DNA of 64,000 nt from the IMG/VR virus record IMGVR_UViG_3300027973_000048, positions 10,067-74,066 of that record; one strand, given 5' to 3'. The position numbers and the translations under genes are program-made. The notes under the pieces are model-generated. The model was not told the DNA's origin and ran no database searches. It saw nothing but the letters and a program-made list of their open reading frames with translations. Below are positions 53,218 to 61,726 of this stretch, piece by piece (positions within the stretch are counted from its first letter, which is position 1; every line of letters starts with the position of its first letter). The stretch comes from a virus.

Positions 53218-54411
53218 ATGCCTAGACTCAGCCTTTACCGTCCAGAACGAGGAAACGATTATAAATTCATAGATCGTCAGATCAGTGAAATGTTCGCCAT
53301 TGGCGGTACAGATTTCTACCTACACAAATATATGGGAGTAAAAAGTTCAGCAGCAAACGCTAGTGCTGCTACGCCTTTTTATACCAAAGACGGTGTTACA
53401 CCAGATTATAATCCTACTCAAATACAAGATTTACTGTTATTAGAAAATAGAGATAGAAAGTATGATCCTAGTATCTATAAGATTAGAGGACATTATAATG
53501 TACAAAACTTAGACTTTAATCTCAGCCAATTTGGCTTGTTTATTGACAACGACACCGTGTTTGCCACTGTGCATATTAACGATTGGATACAGACCATAGG
53601 TCGCAAGCCAATTAGTGGCGATGTAGTTGAAATGCCGCACTTAAAAGATGAGTTTGCCCTAAACGATTATAACATTGCCCTACCAAGATATTTTGTTATT
53701 GAAGACGTTAGTAGAGCCAGTGAAGGGTATAGTATAACTTGGTGGCCACACTTATATAGATTAAAACTTAAGAAAATTACAGACTCACAACAGTTTGCTG
53801 ACATACTGGATCAACCTATTGCCGATGCCAACGGTGATCCTACAAATCAAACTCTACGTGAAGTGTTAAGCACCAAAGGCAAAGAATTAGAAATTAATGA
53901 TGCCATCATAACACAGGCTGAAGCAGATACTCCATTAAGTGGATATGAAACTAGACAATTTTATACATTGGCTATCGATCCTACCAATGGCAATCCCATA
54001 TTGGAAACAGTAGATGACAATATGACCCCACCTGATGCCAGCAGTATGGGGCTTGATACTAGTAGAATACATGGTCGTGCTGTTAGAAGTGGTTATGTGG
54101 GGTATTTGTTAGGAGATGGGTTCCCACCTAACGGCTATGATTTTGGTCATGGTGTAACTTTTCCAGCTAGTCCATACCTCAATGATTACTATTTAAGAAC
54201 TGATTTTGCACCAAATAGATTATTTAGATATGACGGTATTCGTTGGATCAAGGTAGAAGATGCAGTACGTCATAAACTTACCAATACCGATGATCGAACA
54301 ACTCAGAAAACCGGCTTTATCAATAACAATAATGTTAATATTATTGGTGGGAAGGAAGTTCTAGAAAGACAGGCATTGAGCAAAGCACTTAAACCTAAGG
54401 CAGATCTTTAA
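53218..54411 (+). CDS. Neck/head-closure protein (gp14-like)
   Basis: IQDLLLLENRDRKY, LSQFGLF and GDVVEMPHL. Confidence 0.75.
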   Translation: MPRLSLYRPERGNDYKFIDRQISEMFAIGGTDFYLHKYMGVKSSAANASAATPFYTKDGVTPDYNPTQIQDLLLLENRDRKYDPSIYKIRGHYNVQNLDFNLSQFGLFIDNDTVFATVHINDWIQTIGRKPISGDVVEMPHLKDEFALNDYNIALPRYFVIEDVSRASEGYSITWWPHLYRLKLKKITDSQQFADILDQPIADANGDPTNQTLREVLSTKGKELEINDAIITQAEADTPLSGYETRQFYTLAIDPTNGNPILETVDDNMTPPDASSMGLDTSRIHGRAVRSGYVGYLLGDGFPPNGYDFGHGVTFPASPYLNDYYLRTDFAPNRLFRYDGIRWIKVEDAVRHKLTNTDDRTTQKTGFINNNNVNIIGGKEVLERQALSKALKPKADL

Positions 54412-56057
54412 TGCAATTTTTTTATGATGGTCAGATAAGACGTTATCTTATACAAACTATAAGATTACTCAGCAACTTTGTTGTAAAATATGGTGATGGC
54501 ACCCTAGCAAGAGTGCCTGTTATGTATGGCGATCAAGATCGTCAAGTTGGTAATATTATTAGACAAAACAGTGAAAATAAAATTAACAGCATGCCAAGAA
54601 TTGCTGTATATATTAGTAGTCTTGAAATGGAAAAAGATAGATTAGCCGATGCTACTTTTGTAGGCAAAATGAACATAAGAGAACGTAATATAGAATTCAA
54701 TCCAGAAACAGGAAGAGATGAATATACCAGTACTGAAGGCACTAACTATACCATAGAAAGAATCATGCCCACCCCTTACAAACTCACAGTAAAGGCAGAT
54801 ATTTGGACATCAAGTACTGAGCAAAAATTACAAATTTTAGAACAAATGATGATGTTGTTCAACCCCAGTCTTGAAATTCAAACCAATGATAATTACGTGG
54901 ATTGGACTAGTTTAAGTGTAATATACATGGATGGGTTAAACTTTAGTAGTCGATCAATTCCAGTAGGGACCGATAGCCCTATAGATATTGCTACTATGAC
55001 TTTGAGTATGCCTATATGGATCAGTCCTCCAAGTAAAGTAAAACGACTAGGTGTCATCGAAAGTGTATCCATGGGCATGTTCAGTCAAATAGGAAGAAAT
55101 AGTGGCGGGTACATTGATGGATTAGGCGTAGATGATGGTGGTGCAACGCCCACACAATTAAACAATGTAGGTGCTGCTGCCACAGTCATAGACAATTACA
55201 ACCTTATTGTATATGGTGGACAAGCTAGAATATTCTATCCAGATGCCAGTGGATCACATGTGAATGATTTGATAAATGTTGATATAAAGTCAGAACAAAG
55301 TGTCAATTGGAATATGATATTTGATAAGCATATTGGCCAATGGGATTCTAGAACTAGCAAAATATTTTTACTTCAACCCAATGGCACAGAAGTTGTTGGC
55401 ACTATTGCTGTTAATCCATTAGATACAACCATATTAAATATAGAATGGATCACAGATACTTACCCAAGTAACACCGATTTAATCAGTGAATATCGAACCA
55501 ATAGTCCAGGAACATTTGATGCTATTATTGATCCAAAAACCAAAGGACCTAACAGTGGCTTACCAGCATCCACTGTTGGGACTAGATATTTGATCATTGA
55601 TAATATTGGTGGCGGTATTAGGGAAACGCTTGTGGCAGAAAATTCCAGCAATAGAATAGACACTACTGTAGATTATCACAAAATTTTAAGAACTGAAATA
55701 TACGTTAATAACGAGCCTGTAGATTTTGAATCATTAAATATTCAAGGAAAATTAGTAATTAGATTAACCAATTCAGCACAAATAGATGATATCATAACTT
55801 ATGAACTATTTGTTAATGAGAATGGTCCCGGTGCTTGGCGAAACAGTGATGGCACTGATTTTATAGCTAATACCAACGACATAATTGAATGGACTGGAAC
55901 AAAATGGCGTGTATTATTTGATAGTACAGCATCAAGAAATGTCATGAGATATTTAACTAACATATATACTAACGTTCAATATAGATGGAATGGAATTAGT
56001 TGGGTTAAAAGTTTTGAGGGCGAATACCTCAAAGGATATTGGCGTATATTGTTATGA
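54411..56057 (+). CDS. Tail terminator / sheath stabiliser (gp15-like) with C-terminal extension
   Basis: FFYDGQIRRYL, VPVMYGD, PTPYKL and QILEQ...FNP. Confidence 0.8.
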   Translation: MQFFYDGQIRRYLIQTIRLLSNFVVKYGDGTLARVPVMYGDQDRQVGNIIRQNSENKINSMPRIAVYISSLEMEKDRLADATFVGKMNIRERNIEFNPETGRDEYTSTEGTNYTIERIMPTPYKLTVKADIWTSSTEQKLQILEQMMMLFNPSLEIQTNDNYVDWTSLSVIYMDGLNFSSRSIPVGTDSPIDIATMTLSMPIWISPPSKVKRLGVIESVSMGMFSQIGRNSGGYIDGLGVDDGGATPTQLNNVGAAATVIDNYNLIVYGGQARIFYPDASGSHVNDLINVDIKSEQSVNWNMIFDKHIGQWDSRTSKIFLLQPNGTEVVGTIAVNPLDTTILNIEWITDTYPSNTDLISEYRTNSPGTFDAIIDPKTKGPNSGLPASTVGTRYLIIDNIGGGIRETLVAENSSNRIDTTVDYHKILRTEIYVNNEPVDFESLNIQGKLVIRLTNSAQIDDIITYELFVNENGPGAWRNSDGTDFIANTNDIIEWTGTKWRVLFDSTASRNVMRYLTNIYTNVQYRWNGISWVKSFEGEYLKGYWRILL

Positions 56058-56488
56058 AAGATAAAATTGTTTGCAGTGGTGCTTTATTTTATGCTAAAAA
56101 TACAGGTCGTGTCTTATTATTACAAAAAGCCAATGGAAAACACAGAGGAACTTGGAGCTTGGTAGGCGGCACTAATGACGCTGGCGAAAATGCTTGGCAA
56201 GGTTTAATGCGAGAAATAAACGAAGAATTGGGGTTCATTCCAGAAATTCTAAAATCAATCCCATTAGAAACGTTTGTTAGCAACGATAGTGTGTTTAATT
56301 TTCACACATATCTCTGTTTGGTTGAAGACGAATTTATACCAACCATCAGTGATGAACATGCAGGTTGGTCTTGGAGCACAATTGACCTTGCCCCAAAGCC
56401 ATTACATCAAGGATTGCGTAGTAGCTTTAACAATCGTGTTATTAGGACCAAGCTACAAACAGTATTTGATGTAATGGACTTGATTTAA
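56054..56488 (+). CDS. NUDIX hydrolase
   Basis: GGTNDAGENAWQGLMREINEELG Nudix box. Confidence 0.9.
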   Translation: MKDKIVCSGALFYAKNTGRVLLLQKANGKHRGTWSLVGGTNDAGENAWQGLMREINEELGFIPEILKSIPLETFVSNDSVFNFHTYLCLVEDEFIPTISDEHAGWSWSTIDLAPKPLHQGLRSSFNNRVIRTKLQTVFDVMDLI

Positions 56489-57264
56489 AATCCTAAATAT
56501 TTACTTCTAATAAATTCCAAATCATAGCGCTGCTCACTTAGATGATGAGGCTTTCCTTCCCATGGTTCAAATGAAGGCCAGCAAGTACGCCAGTAAATGC
56601 CCCACTTATCAGTCAAATAATCAATATTTAAATCACGTGCAGCATCAACTTTTTCCTGAAATTCAGGATCTCTACGACGTGTATTACCACCATAAAAATG
56701 GTATTGAGTCTTGTCTCCGGCACCGTGATAATAATTACTCTGTAAACCTAAGATTTTCTTAATCGGCTTATGTACAAGTCGCATGATATAATCATCATCT
56801 TCACTGTAGGCTGGATACATGTTTTCATCAAACAATCCATATTGCTTTACCACAGTATCTCTGATCAAGAATAAATCCCAACTGCCTACACTGAAATCTC
56901 CACCATTGGCATGAATCATTCCCACTTCTGGATCACTTTTTACTTTAAGATCCATTTCAGCCAATAATCCTGGACCAAAGCTTACATCATCATTTACAAT
57001 GACCCAATATGGAGCCATCATATAACTTTTAATAATTAAATTCCAAGAGAATGACACGCCCATATTAGCTGGCATATGGCATACATGAATTTTTTTAATA
57101 TATCTGTGTTTGATCTTGGCTAAATTATCAAGATCTTCTGTAATTTCACCTTTACCATTGTTATTAACAATGAAAAAATTCTCTACGGGGAAATCCACAC
57201 TGGCTATCAGCCTAGAAACCCAATACGTATCAAAAACTACCGCTGTACCTATTACTGGAATCAT
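56485..57264 (-). CDS. GT2-like glycosyltransferase
   Basis: IVNN, NMGVSFSWN, IVNDD and GLFDENMYPAYSEDDD. Confidence 0.85.
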   Translation of the reverse strand: MIPVIGTAVVFDTYWVSRLIASVDFPVENFFIVNNNGKGEITEDLDNLAKIKHRYIKKIHVCHMPANMGVSFSWNLIIKSYMMAPYWVIVNDDVSFGPGLLAEMDLKVKSDPEVGMIHANGGDFSVGSWDLFLIRDTVVKQYGLFDENMYPAYSEDDDYIMRLVHKPIKKILGLQSNYYHGAGDKTQYHFYGGNTRRRDPEFQEKVDAARDLNIDYLTDKWGIYWRTCWPSFEPWEGKPHHLSEQRYDLEFIRSKYLGF

Positions 57265-57266
57265 TA

Positions 57267-58526
57267 TTAACCTCTACCTGATAAAACGTAATCTTCGCCT
57301 TTCTTAACCTTGTCATTGATAACAATCATCTTGTTTAATATATCTTTGTCAATATACTCGGCACATACCCACCAATCCTCATAATTACGCCATTCATCTG
57401 GGGCAATATCATTAACTACCAAAGTATATCCCTTAGATTTTAAAAATTCTCTTGATAATTCTCTTAAATCTTTTCTTTCTGTATTATAGTAATCGTGCTC
57501 AAAGGTAATAACTTTGAATTTGTATTCGTCAAAAGGAATCTTTTTCAATATTTCAAAAGTTACTTCAGCTGGATCACAATCTAATTGAAGATAATCTACA
57601 GCTGGCCCTAAATTCATTTCTCTAATAATCTTAGCATAATCAATTTCTAGTGCATTTTTAATTAGGAAAGGTGTACGACGTTCTGTACTAACTTGGCGTT
57701 CATCTAAATCAATACTAATACCGCGCCAATTAAATTGACGTTCTAGCAACGCTGTGTTATTTCCATAAAAAGGCCTACCAGCACCAATTTCAATAAATGT
57801 GCCATCTCTTTTACCATTTAACATGCTCAATACAAACATATCTTGATAAGCTTCACTATAGTTTGTTTCAATAGTTTCTGAACCTGGGAAAGAGTGTCTT
57901 AGCTTATGATGCTTAGAAGGCTCAAAATTATCAAAAGGAATTTCTACATAGTTACTCATGTATTTTAAGTTATTATAAATGATTTTTTTGTAGTCCTCTG
58001 AAAGTTCTTTTGAACGCATTAACTCTTTAAACAAACTACGAGACTCATCACACAATCCACAATGCCAACTACTTAGAGCTTTTTGAAATCTAATAGCATC
58101 TCGACCTGGATATCCTATGTCTGTTCGCAATCCATTTACAATATCACTGGCAACACTTTCACCAATGCTGGCTGCTGTATAACATTCATTCCAATGACCA
58201 TCTTCAGGCTTTCTTTCATAAAATCTACTAAGATGATAGTATGCTTCAGGACGCTTTGGCTGCAACGCCACTGCATGAAGTAGTAGACCTTTTACAGTAA
58301 AGTTCCTAGAACCTTGACGTTCAAAACACAATGCTGCTCTAAGCAAACATTCATAACGTAAAAGATCATCGTCAGTGCGTTCAGCTGTTCTTAAAAAGAA
58401 ACTGACTGCACTAGCCGATTGACCTAACAAGTCATACTGTAATCCTATGGCAAAATTGCGTTCAGGATCTGTTGGATCTTTAATGTATTCTAATAAATGA
58501 GGTTGAATTTTATCTGCTTCAAGCAT
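57267..58526 (-). CDS. TPR-repeat plus FkbM-like methyltransferase fusion
   Basis: N-terminal TPR (PKRPEAYYHL); C-terminal SEAYQD, FIEIGA, NNTALLE, DYLQLD and ITFEH. Confidence 0.8.
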   Translation of the reverse strand: MLEADKIQPHLLEYIKDPTDPERNFAIGLQYDLLGQSASAVSFFLRTAERTDDDLLRYECLLRAALCFERQGSRNFTVKGLLLHAVALQPKRPEAYYHLSRFYERKPEDGHWNECYTAASIGESVASDIVNGLRTDIGYPGRDAIRFQKALSSWHCGLCDESRSLFKELMRSKELSEDYKKIIYNNLKYMSNYVEIPFDNFEPSKHHKLRHSFPGSETIETNYSEAYQDMFVLSMLNGKRDGTFIEIGAGRPFYGNNTALLERQFNWRGISIDLDERQVSTERRTPFLIKNALEIDYAKIIREMNLGPAVDYLQLDCDPAEVTFEILKKIPFDEYKFKVITFEHDYYNTERKDLRELSREFLKSKGYTLVVNDIAPDEWRNYEDWWVCAEYIDKDILNKMIVINDKVKKGEDYVLSGRG

Positions 58527-59262
58527 GATGATCTATATCCAGTATATTTAAATGTGCAACATCTACGTTGCCTAAAAAATGATAGTTGTTAGTTAGTATA
58601 AGGTGTAAAATACGTTCACCAAAAAAGTCATAAAATCTAATTTGCTGATTTCTATTGTATATTTCAGGAAGAAAACTAGCATAATTAGCGTGAAATTCAA
58701 ACAATACAGTGAAAAGGACTTCACATATACGGTCAAAAGTAGCAGAATCTGCTGTAAACATATGAAATGGTATGAGATATTTGTAATTTCTTAACCCATT
58801 AATCATATCAACTGTAATGGGAATTCTTCGATCCCCTGCTAAACCATAAAGTAACTGCCATCCTAAATTATTATGGCAATGACTAAAATGATCATAGACA
58901 TTATCCACATGAGGCGCAAACCCTTTTATAGCTGTAACTATATCTTTGGCTTCAGGAACATATACTCTATTAGGTTTTAGATCGAATTCCTCATCCCAAT
59001 AAATTCTATATGTGTTAGTGCCTTTATATTCATGTTGGGCGTTCTTCCAAACCCAATATAATCCAGTTAAACTACCAAAATCGTTGTTCATATGGCTAAT
59101 ACTTTCACCAATATTATCCATAATGAACCCTCTATGCTGAAGATTAACATAGTCTGCAGGTGCATAATTGGCAGCGCCACACATGATGTTTCGCTGATCA
59201 AACTGAATTTTTTTGTGTTCTTTGCCTACATAACAAAGACAATACATTCCTAAATCTATCAT
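58519..59262 (-). CDS. DUF4422-like glycosyltransferase-associated protein
   Basis: DNIGESISHMN, LTGLYWVWKN, YR and FFGER. Confidence 0.65.
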   Translation of the reverse strand: MIDLGMYCLCYVGKEHKKIQFDQRNIMCGAANYAPADYVNLQHRGFIMDNIGESISHMNNDFGSLTGLYWVWKNAQHEYKGTNTYRIYWDEEFDLKPNRVYVPEAKDIVTAIKGFAPHVDNVYDHFSHCHNNLGWQLLYGLAGDRRIPITVDMINGLRNYKYLIPFHMFTADSATFDRICEVLFTVLFEFHANYASFLPEIYNRNQQIRFYDFFGERILHLILTNNYHFLGNVDVAHLNILDIDHHA

Positions 59263-59285
59263 ATAACATAGTTATCTATGCTAGT

Positions 59286-59313
59286 ATTATACTGGAATTT
59301 TTTACTTTGTCAA
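59286..59313 (-). promoter_or_regulatory. Sigma70-type promoter
   Basis: TTGACA-16-TATAAT. Confidence 0.6.
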
Positions 59314-59315
59314 GA

Positions 59316-61706
59316 TTAACCTATTCGAACTATACTGATTTTACTTGCTGTAGCACCAGTTCCTAATATGGTAATTGCGTTATTGGCAAACCAACTAACA
59401 GTATCCCCAACATTATCTATAGGAAATATGTCTATTATTGTGCCTCTTCTAACTGCTGTTGAATATAACTGCAAATATTTTGTGGGTGTATCCGCTCCAT
59501 TGAGTCTACCCCAAAAATCACTAATTGGCATAGCATCACCGCCACCTGCTGCACCCAAATTATAGTGTACAATAACTTGATAGTACCCTGCCACACTAAA
59601 TGTAAAAATACCACTATTAGCCATTGTGCCAAAACTTGCACCTACTTGTAACGATGGAGTTGAACTAAATCTAACCACTGCTCCACTGCCTGTTGTAGTC
59701 TGATCACCATCTTTAGTAAAAACCACCGTGGGCGAGGCAGACGGATTAACCCATTGTATGCCAGTACCTGTAGTTTGTAGGTATTGACCAATAATTCCAG
59801 CAGTGCCGCCAACAGTTAATGCACCAGTTAATGTTAAATCTGACACTGTAGGTGCTGTTAATGTCTTGTTTAATATGGTTTGACTGGCTGCTAATGTGAC
59901 TACTTGACTGTTGTTGCTGTACATATCATTAGCATATATGCTGCCTTGTACTCCCACACCACCAACTACTGTTAACGCACCTGTAGAATTTGAATTACTA
60001 GCCTTTAAAGACGATATATTTACAGTTCCATTAGGTGCATCTAAAGTGATTAAAGCACTATCCCTTAGATTTTTAATCAAAAAGTTATCATTTTCTGTTA
60101 CAATAGTGCTAAGAGTGTTCTGACTTAGTATATCAACATAATTTCTATCACCGCCTGCTGTATAATTAGGTCCAATACGCATTTTAGCGTTAGGGCCTTG
60201 TACTACTAAGTTGTATCCAGTTAATGTTGACTCATTATAGGCCTTGGCCCCAGCATAAATTGTACCATCAATATGTAAATTTTTAGCAATTCCAACACCA
60301 CCTGACAAGACCAAAGCACCACTAGCAGCATCATCACTTTGAGTACTACTGGTTAAAGTTACATCACCATTGGCTCTTATTGTGGTAAATGATCCTGAAT
60401 TACGTATTACTGCTCCAATTGGGGTGTTTTCCAATCCGTTTGCATAAACATCACCGCCAAATCCTGCTCCGCCAGCAACAATTAATGCTCCTGAATTGAT
60501 ATCTGAGCTGGATTCTAAAGATCCAATGCTAACAGAGCCAGTATTAATATCAATAACTAGTGTGTCATTAATCCAATTGTCATCAAGATCTTTTCTAGTA
60601 AAATAAAAATTATTGCTTGAATTGCGCCCAATAGCAAATTTTTCTATCCCATTTGATTGAAAATGTATGGTATTATTGCCCGTCACCGTCTGATTAAGTA
60701 TGATATTTGGGTCAGAACCTTCTAATTCCAACAAGTTCATATTGTCAGAAGCTACATAAATGTCATTTTGAACGGTCATTGAGTTCCTTACCACAGGATC
60801 ATCAATATAAGGACTGGTTAATGTCTTATTGGATAGTGTCTGATCTACGTCAGTTCCCACCAAAGTTGTACTAGCATCTGGGATGAAGACCGTTCTATCT
60901 GCCGTTGGATCAACTACTGACAATGTTGTTTCATAACTATTAGGCGTAGTGCCTTCAAATATTATGTTTCCATCGAGCAAACTCAATCCACTGATGTAAG
61001 GACTGGTCAATGTCTTGTTGGTTAATGTCTGTTGAGTGGTTATGGTGGCAAATATTGTGAGATCTTGTGGAAGGCCTTCTGGTCCACTTGAACTAAATGT
61101 CACATAAACTGGGTCATCATTAGTAAAATTACCTTGACTTCTAGCTATGCTTACTGTTATTTCAGTATAATAATCATTAACTGTGACTACTTTATATTGA
61201 AAAATCAAAAACCAATTTGGATTATTTTGTTTTTCAACTTTGATATAGCCTCTTCTAACATCATTTCCAAATAAATTCAAGCTATCTAAAAATTCTGATA
61301 TGTCATTGTCGGCCAAATCATAATTACTGATGTAGATAGTGTCAGCATCTTTCATTGATGCATTGTTAAATCTTATAACAGACTTAGTAGATCCATTATC
61401 TATACCTGTTGTTGTAGTGAGAGTACTGGCAGTATAACGATATCTAGTAACATCTAGACTACTAGGTGGTACCCAACTGACATTACCAAGCCCATCAGTG
61501 CGTAAAACATAATTAGTTCCGCCACCTAATGGAAAGGCAGCATAACCTGCTTGAGTAGTATCTAACCAAAGTAATTTTAAATTCTGAGGAGGAGTGGCAG
61601 CAACGTGAATACTCTTACTGATAACCTGACTGCCATCCAGTATGAGTCCATCCTCATCAGTACTGAGTAAATGCGATGGGCCCGTCTGGTCTAAATTAAT
61701 TGGCAT
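59316..61706 (-). CDS. Tail fibre / virion fibre protein
   Basis: QTLTNKTLTSP repeats, GALxVxGGxG repeats, VLRTDGLGNVSW and a C1q-like C-terminus (GIFT..VAGYYQV). Confidence 0.8.
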   Translation of the reverse strand: MPINLDQTGPSHLLSTDEDGLILDGSQVISKSIHVAATPPQNLKLLWLDTTQAGYAAFPLGGGTNYVLRTDGLGNVSWVPPSSLDVTRYRYTASTLTTTTGIDNGSTKSVIRFNNASMKDADTIYISNYDLADNDISEFLDSLNLFGNDVRRGYIKVEKQNNPNWFLIFQYKVVTVNDYYTEITVSIARSQGNFTNDDPVYVTFSSSGPEGLPQDLTIFATITTQQTLTNKTLTSPYISGLSLLDGNIIFEGTTPNSYETTLSVVDPTADRTVFIPDASTTLVGTDVDQTLSNKTLTSPYIDDPVVRNSMTVQNDIYVASDNMNLLELEGSDPNIILNQTVTGNNTIHFQSNGIEKFAIGRNSSNNFYFTRKDLDDNWINDTLVIDINTGSVSIGSLESSSDINSGALIVAGGAGFGGDVYANGLENTPIGAVIRNSGSFTTIRANGDVTLTSSTQSDDAASGALVLSGGVGIAKNLHIDGTIYAGAKAYNESTLTGYNLVVQGPNAKMRIGPNYTAGGDRNYVDILSQNTLSTIVTENDNFLIKNLRDSALITLDAPNGTVNISSLKASNSNSTGALTVVGGVGVQGSIYANDMYSNNSQVVTLAASQTILNKTLTAPTVSDLTLTGALTVGGTAGIIGQYLQTTGTGIQWVNPSASPTVVFTKDGDQTTTGSGAVVRFSSTPSLQVGASFGTMANSGIFTFSVAGYYQVIVHYNLGAAGGGDAMPISDFWGRLNGADTPTKYLQLYSTAVRRGTIIDIFPIDNVGDTVSWFANNAITILGTGATASKISIVRIG

Positions 61707-61726
61707 TTATCTATCCTCTATATTAC

